This document shows positions 23,436 through 31,766 of a stretch of DNA of 32,000 nt, piece by piece. Origin of the DNA: Caedibacter taeniospiralis. Lineage in GTDB: Bacteria; Pseudomonadota; Gammaproteobacteria; Francisellales; Francisellaceae. Under the pieces are notes generated by a model that ran no database searches, was not told the origin of the DNA, and saw only the letters and a program-made list of their open reading frames with translations. The stretch's first letter is position 1; each line of letters starts with the position of its first letter. Location: NCBI RefSeq assembly GCF_002803295.2, contig NZ_PGGB02000004.1, positions 264-32,263 of the forward strand. Reading direction: 5' to 3'. The translations under genes and the position numbers were made by a program.

Positions 23436-24200
23436 CTATTGTTCGTGCTCTTGCTCTTTTGCATGCTGCCACTGAACAGGGGCGCTAAACAGATACCCCA
23501 CTCCATGGACAGTTTTTATTATCTGAGGATTTTTAGCATCAACCTCTATTTTGTTTCTGACTCTCATAACCATCATATCTACATTTCGATCAAATCCACT
23601 GTATTCTCTACCATACAACGTTTGAACAAGCATCTCTCTTGATAGAGGTTCTCCGTTATTTTCGATCAACAAATGCAGTATATCAAACTCTCTTGTTGTT
23701 AGCTCAACAGACATACCATTAGTGTGCACAAGTGAACGCTCCCTGGTGTTGAAGCACCAATCTTTGAAGTAGGCAAGATATGGGTGATGTGGTTCAAATT
23801 GTGAGGCTTCTGCTTTTAAAGTTGTTCTGCGTAGCACTGATTTGATTGTGGCAAGGAGAACCTTTGGATTAAATGGTTTTGTTACATAGTGGTCTGCACC
23901 TACCTCATAGGAAAGCACACGGTCAATATCGTCATCAGAGGCTGTTAGCATAATGGTTGGGATAGCGTGTTTAGTCTGTAGTCTTTTGCAAAACTCAATG
24001 CCATTTTCCATCGGTAAATTAATGTCCAGCAAAATCAAGCTTGGTTTTTGTAGATCAATCATTCTCGTTGCATCGCGCGTGTTGCTTGCAGTGATCACCT
24101 GGTAATTAGCTTCAGTTAAACTCTTGGACAGTAAGTTTCTTATTTCCCTATCATCATCAATAATTAGAATGATCGGTCGTGCAATAATATGTTGTGTCAT
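23436..24200 (-). CDS. OmpR/PhoB-family response regulator (receiver + winged helix), orphan, embedded in the T4BSS locus
   Basis: GGGAGA Shine-Dalgarno site. Receiver motifs ILIIDDD, LILLDINLP, MLTA, KPF. Winged helix VELTTREFDILHLL...LSRE.L......DRNVDMMVMRVRNKIE....P..IKTVHGVGYLF. Confidence 0.9.
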   Translation of the reverse strand: MTQHIIARPIILIIDDDREIRNLLSKSLTEANYQVITASNTRDATRMIDLQKPSLILLDINLPMENGIEFCKRLQTKHAIPTIMLTASDDDIDRVLSYEVGADHYVTKPFNPKVLLATIKSVLRRTTLKAEASQFEPHHPYLAYFKDWCFNTRERSLVHTNGMSVELTTREFDILHLLIENNGEPLSREMLVQTLYGREYSGFDRNVDMMVMRVRNKIEVDAKNPQIIKTVHGVGYLFSAPVQWQHAKEQEHEQ

Positions 24201-24560
24201 TGTGTTTTCTCCCTGTTTTAGTTACATGCACACCTGGCACTTCTTTGTTAGGTAAAGTTCTCATCTGATAACTTAACAGCAACAGCTCAATCACTTGGTT
24301 TGTTGCTTATGGACTTAACTGAAGTAGTCAAGCATTTATATTGTCAGACAGTAAAACTGCTTAGGATACTTACCCATCGTAAATCATCCCCTTAAAGCAA
24401 TACTGCAAGGTAGCGCCAGTATATACCGTAAGATAGGCTAATTCAAGGTGTTGAATTTCCTTGCGCGAAAAAGTGACTGGGGGAGGTAAGGTCTCAACCC
24501 TACCGTATTTTAACGTGGAGACGGATTAGAACCCGTCTCTACATTGCGCGCTACCCCGTG

Positions 24561-25379
24561 CTACATTAATAACCAATAGCGCTTCGCATAATCAAACAAT
24601 TCATAGCTTTCGGCTAATCCAAGGACTTGTTTTAGGTGCTGTGTATAATTATCCACACTTCGACTAGAAACTTTCATCCGCTCTGCCAGTGTATTTTTTT
24701 CCGTGATCCCACGACCCAAGAGAGTAAAATACTGCATCTCCTTATCACTTAAGTTAAGGCTTAGCTGAATATTTTTATCCTTGGCTGTTTTTAGCCAGTG
24801 CGGTGGCAATGTTAGTGAAGTAAGTTGCTCTGAATATAGTGTAAATTCATCAAAATATTTTGTGATTAAAGGGGCAATATGAGAAATAAGTTTATTCAAC
24901 ATATGATACAAGTCACTCACGCGTAAATAGAGCGAAAGAATGTTGTGTATGCCCTCAAAGTACAATATAAAACGATGAATACTATTATCAAGCCAAAAGT
25001 AATAAGATATGGCATAACAATCACCATATTTGGAGTGCTCTGGGGTAAAAAGGTCTTGCCAGGCTTTGGCGTGCACCGCTATTTCAGACAAATGGCAAAA
25101 ACGTGGTAATAATGCGATTAAATCATAGTTTAAATAAGGATCTTCATAACGGTACCGACTTTTGCCACCATGAAAGCGATAAGCATAAGGATGATGATGC
25201 AAAGGGGCACACCAGGTAAAAGATTCGTTTACCAGCGCGTAATCAAGACCGCAACAGTTAAACGCCCTCAAGATAACCTCAAGCTGATCATCTAAATGAA
25301 ATTGATCAACGTTATGCAGATTATTGCTAATTTCGACACCATTTCCCTGAGTCGTTTTTCTTTTGTCATATGAGGTCAT
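24561..25379 (-). CDS. LuxR-family transcriptional regulator (272 aa), same architecture as the tandem trio
   Basis: The C-terminal LSDKEMQYFTLLGRGITEKNTLAERMKVSSRSVDNYTQHLKQVLGLAESYELFDYAKRY is a LuxR/GerE HTH. The ~200-aa N-terminal domain is unassigned. Confidence 0.6.
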   Translation of the reverse strand: MTSYDKRKTTQGNGVEISNNLHNVDQFHLDDQLEVILRAFNCCGLDYALVNESFTWCAPLHHHPYAYRFHGGKSRYRYEDPYLNYDLIALLPRFCHLSEIAVHAKAWQDLFTPEHSKYGDCYAISYYFWLDNSIHRFILYFEGIHNILSLYLRVSDLYHMLNKLISHIAPLITKYFDEFTLYSEQLTSLTLPPHWLKTAKDKNIQLSLNLSDKEMQYFTLLGRGITEKNTLAERMKVSSRSVDNYTQHLKQVLGLAESYELFDYAKRYWLLM

Positions 25380-25481
25380 TGAATTGGAAATAGATCAAAT
25401 TAAGGTGGACGGATATTACTTTACATTCAATAAAAATTCAACCTTAGAGATAGGTTAATCCCTTCCTGGCAAGTAGCACTA

Positions 25482-26231
25482 TTAACAACCTTTCGTACTG
25501 CTGATCTGCTCTCTTTCCTGCGCCAATTCATGATTGTCGTGAAATATAAACACATCCTGCTGCAAATCTTCGCGTAACAATAAATCCGATAACTCACGCA
25601 TATATTCCCGACAATTTTTATTTAACGTCTCATTGCGGCTCTTACAACACAGATTTAAGCCTATATTTTCTTCCAACCAATCACCGTTTAACATCTCGCG
25701 CACAATGGCAACCGCATTTTGCAAAGCATATTCCGTTAGCTCAAAGCATAAGACACAAGGACAACTACTATCTAGAGATTGGACAAACGAGGTAATCTGC
25801 TCATTGGTCATTTGACCGTCTTCTGGTATTTCTACTTTCGACGCATTCTCTGCAACCTCACTGTCCCATTTTTTAACCTGCGCATGATTATCTTGCTCTT
25901 GCTTTAATTGTGCTTCAAATATTTCCTGTTTAACTTCATATGCCACACTTAATTGGTGATAAAAACTCTCTATTTCCTCTAGCTTTCGATCCAAGTCTTT
26001 TTGAGTTTCTTCATTCAAAACCTCTTTGTAGCGGTGTGCATGCGCAGATGCCTTCAGGTATTGACGCAGTAATAACAAAAATGCGCCCAGTTTATCCTCT
26101 AGAGATTTAAGTTTTCCTTGCTCTTGCTGTAACTGATTTAAAAAATATAGCAGCGGTTTTTTAAACTCAAACTGTTGCCGTTGCTGCACCAATTGTTGTG
26201 ACACCTGCTTGATTTCCTGCAATACAACCAT
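25482..26231 (-). CDS. Hypothetical coiled-coil protein with a Cys-rich C-terminal half (candidate T4BSS substrate)
   Basis: GGTGAGGTGA Shine-Dalgarno site. Q/E/K-rich heptad-like N-terminal half. CPCVLC ... CCK ... C motifs. C-terminal tail HELAQEREQISSTKGC. No signal peptide or TM segment. Confidence 0.6.
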   Translation of the reverse strand: MVVLQEIKQVSQQLVQQRQQFEFKKPLLYFLNQLQQEQGKLKSLEDKLGAFLLLLRQYLKASAHAHRYKEVLNEETQKDLDRKLEEIESFYHQLSVAYEVKQEIFEAQLKQEQDNHAQVKKWDSEVAENASKVEIPEDGQMTNEQITSFVQSLDSSCPCVLCFELTEYALQNAVAIVREMLNGDWLEENIGLNLCCKSRNETLNKNCREYMRELSDLLLREDLQQDVFIFHDNHELAQEREQISSTKGC

Positions 26232-26264
26232 AAAATCACCTCACCATTTCCTTATATTAATTAA

Positions 26265-27452
26265 TTAGTTTATTTCTGCCGATATCTCTGTTGGATCAGC
26301 TTGAGTTTGAGGTCCCATATAATAATCACAAAATGTGTTAAGCACCTTTTCATCGCGCTTTGTTATATCAAAAATATCGCTTAATTTCTTGCGCGCGTCT
26401 TCTGAAAACACAAAATTTCCTTGTTCATCTTTTTGCTCAATCATCGGCTTGGCATTGATTAAATAACCTCTTTTAAACCAGTCATCTGCCATTTTTTCAT
26501 ATTTGGGATAATCTAAAAACTCATCATCTTTATTGTTGTCTTTCTTTTTATATATTGGCGCCAATTTGTCAAAAGTAACCTTAGGCGCTCCCCATTGTGG
26601 TCTACTTGGCTTTGTATTTTCTTTTTTCTTGGAGGATGGGCTGGTAGGTTGAGATACAGGTTGATTTTTATTGTCTGCCTGCTGTGTCTTTTGTGTCACA
26701 ATACCTAACATTTGCTTTGCAATTTGGTATTTTTCTTCTGGAGTTTTAGCATCCTTTATCGCATCTACAACACTTGCTTTTAGGTTCGCTTTAGTATTGG
26801 CACGTAGTATATCAGCAGTCTCTAACAAGCGTTTTGAAAACTCCACAGCATCACCATCGGATGTAATATCGGTCGTACCGTCGTTGTTTTGTGTGAACGT
26901 GTACTTCGTTTGACCAGCTGCCAAGGTGTAAATCGTCGTGCTATTTTTGCTATCTTTCTTAAACTTTTTAAGCTCAAACGATTCTCTGGTATTATCTGCC
27001 GCATTTTCTTTTAAACGTGCATTTAAAACCTCAACAAATGATTTAGCTTCCTTTTCTGTGTTGATATGTTTGAAGTGAGTTAGCTTGGCAAAGTTATAAT
27101 TCACATCCTCTTGAAACTCAATTTTATTTTCATCACTTTTCCAGCCATTCCCAAATATCGCTTTAAGTTCAGCTTCCGTCAACTGCAGCTTGACCAGCGT
27201 AAGCGTTTTATTTTCTTCTTTTAATAATTGCTGGCGATTTTTTTTATCTAACCCTGCAATATTAAGTAAATAAGCTTCCTTGTCCTTAAGATTCTGTTGA
27301 ATATAGTTTTTGCCATAAAACTCGGTTGCTTTCACTACATGAATATCATACTTGCCCTCTACCCCTTTTACTTCTACTGCATATACGATAGCATTAGTTT
27401 TATCCATTGGCTTTTGATTTTTCACGGGCTGTACTTTGGAATTGCTTGGCAT
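26265..27452 (-). CDS. Hypothetical Lys-rich hydrophilic protein, 395 aa (candidate T4BSS substrate or accessory protein)
   Basis: AAGAGGA Shine-Dalgarno site. No signal peptide or TM segment. Central low-complexity linker QQADNKNQPVSQPTSPSSKKKENTKPSRPQ. I recognise no family. Confidence 0.6.
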   Translation of the reverse strand: MPSNSKVQPVKNQKPMDKTNAIVYAVEVKGVEGKYDIHVVKATEFYGKNYIQQNLKDKEAYLLNIAGLDKKNRQQLLKEENKTLTLVKLQLTEAELKAIFGNGWKSDENKIEFQEDVNYNFAKLTHFKHINTEKEAKSFVEVLNARLKENAADNTRESFELKKFKKDSKNSTTIYTLAAGQTKYTFTQNNDGTTDITSDGDAVEFSKRLLETADILRANTKANLKASVVDAIKDAKTPEEKYQIAKQMLGIVTQKTQQADNKNQPVSQPTSPSSKKKENTKPSRPQWGAPKVTFDKLAPIYKKKDNNKDDEFLDYPKYEKMADDWFKRGYLINAKPMIEQKDEQGNFVFSEDARKKLSDIFDITKRDEKVLNTFCDYYMGPQTQADPTEISAEIN

Positions 27453-27484
27453 AGATATCCTCTTAAATAGTCTTTAACAAATTA

Positions 27485-27781
27485 TTATTTTTTTGGCGTG
27501 TTAGTATTATCCTGCGCATCACCTGAATCAGTATTAAACATATTATCAGGATATGTTTTATTGCGGGCTATTTGGGCTTGGGATATTTGGGCTGGTGTCA
27601 GATTGTGCCAATTATTGCCTGACTGAGCGCTAAGACCATCTTGCACGAGACCAGAAGTACTTTTCAATGTCTCTTGTAATGCAACATAAGCCGCCATATC
27701 TGCTATGATATTGACCTGATATCGCTCATTTTCTTTTGCTGTTAACGCTGAAGCGTTTTTCTTTTCTTTATGTTCACTCAC
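27485..27781 (-). CDS. Hypothetical small hydrophilic protein, 98 aa (GTG start)
   Basis: GTG start preceded by AGGGGAAA. 32-nt gap to the next gene. TATAAT on the coding strand at 27824-27819. No recognisable motifs, so this gene call is the weakest in the block. Confidence 0.4.
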   Translation of the reverse strand: MSEHKEKKNASALTAKENERYQVNIIADMAAYVALQETLKSTSGLVQDGLSAQSGNNWHNLTPAQISQAQIARNKTYPDNMFNTDSGDAQDNTNTPKK

Positions 27782-27922
27782 AATTTTCCCCTGGAGCGTT
27801 TTGATTTACTACATCACCATTATAAAAGCATTATGCCAAGGAGACTATAGCATTACCCTAGATTCATCAAATTGTTGAGTTTTTAATTAATCACTACAAT
27901 TATTGTAACCTGTAGTTAATGA

Positions 27923-28729
27923 TTAAAATGTGCCCTCTAAGATGGTACTGACTGAGTCAGTACCCACAGTCACCCAAGGGCAGGAGCTCGTGCCATAACC
28001 TTTGGATTGGCAAATAAAAACAATCGCAGCTTTGTCTTTGATATAGCGTGCTTCGGTACCCATATTGCAAGACAAAGAGCCAGCTTTGATCTCCATGCCG
28101 CTGTCCAATCTTAAACGGCATAAGTCAGGCGAATTTGCAAAGCCTATGCTTAAATAATTATCATCACCCCACTTACTGCATGGATTAGTATAATAGCCAC
28201 CGCCTAAGCGTACTGCATGTTGATCACATGCCGTTATATTAAGACCTCCCAAACCCAATGAAATAAACTTGTAGGGGAAAAAATTTGTTTTCAATTTGAC
28301 AACTACCGTTAACCTTTCAGGATCCCCCCTATCATCAATGCTATCTGAGACAGCCAGCAAATTATCATCTGAATTAGTTGATGAGCTAAATCCATAAACA
28401 CCTGTGCTGGAATGTCGATCCATATTAAAATAGGCTGATGCTTGATACTTTGAAAACTGACTGCTTTGATAAATTACCTGTCCGCTAACACGTGTATCTC
28501 CTCCTGGTCCGCTTGCTGCATTTATTCTAATTGCTGGACTTTTTTTGTTTCCTGCAACACTGGCACTAAAGCCACTACTGTCAAATGAGCCACGAGACAA
28601 GTAGTATGAAACATAGTTTAAATCCCATGGGGTCTGATTATCAATGGTAATATAATAATCTGTTTTTGCAAAAACAATTACAGGTGGTACACAGAGTAAA
28701 GCACCAATCAATTTATTTATTCTTCTCAT
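27923..28729 (-). CDS. Secreted two-domain protein: beta-sandwich-like N-domain plus Cys-rich C-domain; function unknown
   Basis: GGAAGG Shine-Dalgarno site. Signal peptide MRRINKLIGALLCVPPVIVFAKT. Eight Cys residues in the C-terminal ~105 aa. Located 61 nt downstream of dotA on the same strand. Confidence 0.65.
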   Translation of the reverse strand: MRRINKLIGALLCVPPVIVFAKTDYYITIDNQTPWDLNYVSYYLSRGSFDSSGFSASVAGNKKSPAIRINAASGPGGDTRVSGQVIYQSSQFSKYQASAYFNMDRHSSTGVYGFSSSTNSDDNLLAVSDSIDDRGDPERLTVVVKLKTNFFPYKFISLGLGGLNITACDQHAVRLGGGYYTNPCSKWGDDNYLSIGFANSPDLCRLRLDSGMEIKAGSLSCNMGTEARYIKDKAAIVFICQSKGYGTSSCPWVTVGTDSVSTILEGTF

Positions 28730-28790
28730 TATTCTTACCTTCCTATTTCGTAATTCTTAAAAAATTTAAACCAATTTGAAGTTTTGCTTT

Positions 28791-31766
28791 TTAATTACTT
28801 GGGTTGTTTGGGTTAACAGGGTTATTAAGGTGCGCGCCATTTCCGCCCTTTCCGCCGCCGCCTTTCTGGCTCTTATGATATTTGTAATTATCCACAGCAC
28901 TGGCAACATGTCCAGCGCTAGATCCGAGGTTTTGCACTCCGTGCATTTGCTCTTGGCGACCTTGATTATGTTTCTCCACCGTTTGTGTACCCGCTTGTGC
29001 CATACCTTGAGCATGTTGCGTGGTTGATGATTTCATCTCCTGCATATCCTGCTCACCAGCACGCTCATTATGCGTGCCACCAACCCAATGGAGGATTTTA
29101 TCAGGCAGAATATAAATCAATGAAAAGCATTTATAAAAAGCCAGGCTAATGAAGCTTGCATACATGAACACCAGCAAAATGTTTAAGGATCCAGTGACAT
29201 AACTGTCACTGGATGTGCCGTAGACATTGCTGATTTGCGTTGCTACGGCATGGAAGCCTTTTGCCGAAATCGCAATCACCAAATAGGTTAAAATAATCCC
29301 CGTAATTAAGCCACATATCATAAGCACTGGTCTTAAGACGAGATTTAACATAATTTGAATCGCGGGCTCCGCTTTACCATACACCTCATGTCCTTCCGGA
29401 TACACAAGTCCCAAAGCAACAACAGGAGCCGCGACTAGTGCTTCAATAATGAGTAACAACCAGGCAATTTTCCCCGCCCAAAATAGAATAAACGGCGTCA
29501 TCGGAATAACAAGGGCAAATAAAACCGCATTGGTAAACAGGGTTACCAACACAAAAAACACCAGTGGTAACCATATTAATGACATGGTTAGATTCGTCAT
29601 TGTGATAAAAGTTGCCAGTTGCGCACCAAAATCGCCAATCGAAGAAATCACACCAGGCAATCCAGGTGTAAAATAACTGAGAGCCGCAGCACCTAATGCT
29701 GCGCTTTTTGATACTCCTTGAATGGTACTCACCTCTATTACAACATCAGTTAACGCTTTATCTGCTTTTTTGGTAATAGCCGTCAAGGTATCCACAACCA
29801 TTTTAATGAGTGACTGCCCCACTCCCTGGACCTGTCTTAATGCTGAAAACGCATTGGTCATCTCGGCACCAGGACTTGCTGACTCGCCAATATTATAAAT
29901 CTGGCTTAAAACTCCACCTGCACTGGCATCAAGACTCATTTTTTGGAAAATACCATCAACAAAGCTCTCGGCAGGAGAGGCAATATCAGCAACGACTGCG
30001 CCTTCATGGAAAAAGCCTACGCTATTTAACTGAAACAGACGAACGAGCGCTAGAAATTGCGTGACATAGCTAAGCTTTGAGGTTGCTGTTGTTCCTGCTT
30101 TACTATTAGTAAGTGCTGTTTGAATCACCAAAAAGTATTTACCAATATCGGATGAAATCGACGAGGGAACAACAGCATCGATTAAATCCTTACAGCTAAA
30201 ACCTTCGATAATATGCTTATCTGGACCAAAAAGAGACTGATATTGCGCTTTACACTTATCATCACCACTGCCATCCTTATTTGCTTCATAAAAAACATCG
30301 ACCATCTGCTGCTTAAGCTGACTAAGATCTAACTGAATAAACTTATCTGTTTGATCTTTTTCGGTAAAATCTGCTAATGGAACCTCTTTTTTGTGCTGAG
30401 GATTTTTCTCATCCTCTGAAGTATCGGGGTAAATGCTGTATTTAAGAGAGTCATTAACCGCATTATCAACCAAACTGTTAAGGCTGTTACGATTTTCCAG
30501 ATACTGTAGCGTCACTCCCACTTTAGAAATGCTGATCTGACTTTGCTGGTTGTTATACAGCAGGTCATCAAAGATCGCAAAAGAAGTGTGAAATGCCTTT
30601 AACACATCTTCAAAATTACCATCTAACTTAAAATACTTTTGATCTGCATTCCACCAATCATTTTCAGGCTTCTCTTTCTCCTCCTCTGTCTTGCTCTTTT
30701 CTGGATCAGGGTTTTTGACTGCTTTCTTTAATTCATTTTGAAATCCTCTAGCAATCGCCTGAGACAAGGTCGCAATGACGTTTGCATCGCCTGGCAAGTG
30801 GCTCGCAATACTCATACTATTGTTATAAATAGCCATAATACTATTGACCATGTCTGGACAAGAACGTGGCTGCGGTCCTTTATCCGTTTGTTCGACATAG
30901 CAGTAAGACCCCAACGCTTGAGATACTTTAGTCTGATCAGGTTCAGCAATAGGTAATCTAAAGACATAATGATTAATAATTTTATAAATATCATATTGGA
31001 CATAGTCATCTTGCTCAATCAGCGACCATTGCCGCATACCCTGTTTAAGGCGCTCAATATTGCCCGTGTTAACCGTGGCTTTACCCTTATCATCTTTGGC
31101 AACATAAATATCGTCTAGCTGCCCTTTATCATCAATTATCTTTCGAATGTTGGTCTCGATTTTCATCGCTGCCTGCACTACAGACATCTGATCCAGCTTA
31201 GGAGTGTCATAGGCATCATATTTATCATTCCCTGCCGATTGTTGAGCCAGCGTTTTCAGCATATCTGCTGAAAATCCAGCTAAAAGGTACAAGGCAATAT
31301 CCGTTTTTACCCCGTCTGCGATATCATAGCTCATCACAGGTGGCACCTTATCTTGATCCAGCATTGCATAGGTACCCTGCCACACATGATTTGCAAACTG
31401 AATACTGACAGATACCATTAAAAAAATCAGATATTGCGCCAGGCAAAAACCTGATTTTAACGGAATAGCAGCAGTTGAGCCCATAATAACCCGCAAAGGG
31501 ATCCAGTAGGAACTCCAGTTCTTACCCAAAAAGGTACCATCTTTTGCCGTGTTAATTGTGCCAATCACCAGGATAAAAGCATAAATGGCAATTACCGCCA
31601 TCAAAATGCCGCCATTAAAATAATAAATCAGCGACCTAAATGCCGCATCTGCCGTCGATCCAGACAAGGCTGCGGATGCTGACGTATTGCTATCGACAGG
31701 CGAAAGCGCAAAAAGCTGATTTAAAACCTGCCAGGCACTCCAGTTCTCGGTTATCCCCGTTGCCAT
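28791..31766 (-). CDS. dotA: DotA, polytopic inner-membrane T4BSS protein
   Basis: GAGAGGAG Shine-Dalgarno site. The block TINTAKDGTFLGKNWSSYWIPLRVIMGSTAAIPLKSGFCLAQYLIFLMVSVSIQFANHVW parallels remembered L. pneumophila DotA (TMNTAHEGQMLGQKWSSIWVPVR...LLIPKASGYCLMQ...). A large hydrophilic central domain is followed by a C-terminal cluster of TM segments. The ATG shares one base with the icmV stop (TAATG). Confidence 0.9.
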   Translation of the reverse strand: MATGITENWSAWQVLNQLFALSPVDSNTSASAALSGSTADAAFRSLIYYFNGGILMAVIAIYAFILVIGTINTAKDGTFLGKNWSSYWIPLRVIMGSTAAIPLKSGFCLAQYLIFLMVSVSIQFANHVWQGTYAMLDQDKVPPVMSYDIADGVKTDIALYLLAGFSADMLKTLAQQSAGNDKYDAYDTPKLDQMSVVQAAMKIETNIRKIIDDKGQLDDIYVAKDDKGKATVNTGNIERLKQGMRQWSLIEQDDYVQYDIYKIINHYVFRLPIAEPDQTKVSQALGSYCYVEQTDKGPQPRSCPDMVNSIMAIYNNSMSIASHLPGDANVIATLSQAIARGFQNELKKAVKNPDPEKSKTEEEKEKPENDWWNADQKYFKLDGNFEDVLKAFHTSFAIFDDLLYNNQQSQISISKVGVTLQYLENRNSLNSLVDNAVNDSLKYSIYPDTSEDEKNPQHKKEVPLADFTEKDQTDKFIQLDLSQLKQQMVDVFYEANKDGSGDDKCKAQYQSLFGPDKHIIEGFSCKDLIDAVVPSSISSDIGKYFLVIQTALTNSKAGTTATSKLSYVTQFLALVRLFQLNSVGFFHEGAVVADIASPAESFVDGIFQKMSLDASAGGVLSQIYNIGESASPGAEMTNAFSALRQVQGVGQSLIKMVVDTLTAITKKADKALTDVVIEVSTIQGVSKSAALGAAALSYFTPGLPGVISSIGDFGAQLATFITMTNLTMSLIWLPLVFFVLVTLFTNAVLFALVIPMTPFILFWAGKIAWLLLIIEALVAAPVVALGLVYPEGHEVYGKAEPAIQIMLNLVLRPVLMICGLITGIILTYLVIAISAKGFHAVATQISNVYGTSSDSYVTGSLNILLVFMYASFISLAFYKCFSLIYILPDKILHWVGGTHNERAGEQDMQEMKSSTTQHAQGMAQAGTQTVEKHNQGRQEQMHGVQNLGSSAGHVASAVDNYKYHKSQKGGGGKGGNGAHLNNPVNPNNPSN

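Noticed and set aside
24518-24539. Hairpin GAGACGG-ATTAGAAC-CCGTCTC; on the minus strand the loop reads GTTCTAAT, resembling a tRNA T-arm (GGTTCGAATCC)
   Set aside because: The loop is 8 nt rather than 7. I could not build acceptor, D or anticodon arms from the flanks, and no CCA context is present. It is not a tRNA. It could be a tRNA-remnant att scar or a weak terminator for the LuxR gene (no U-tract), but I cannot support either.
11008-31018. Short ORFs nested in the OMP, LuxR and T4BSS genes and neighbours (e.g. 11008-11208, 11099-11536, 13697-14011, 14716-14937, 15672-15896, 17166-17469, 17660-17896, 18133-18369, 18414-18786, 19475-19726, 21944-22144, 23439-23642, 25633-25815, 26671-27004, 28766-29027, 29449-29676, 29810-30064, 30738-31018)
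   Set aside because: They overlap confidently identified genes (DotL, DotB, DotA and others) on the opposite strand or in another frame, and none has independent support.
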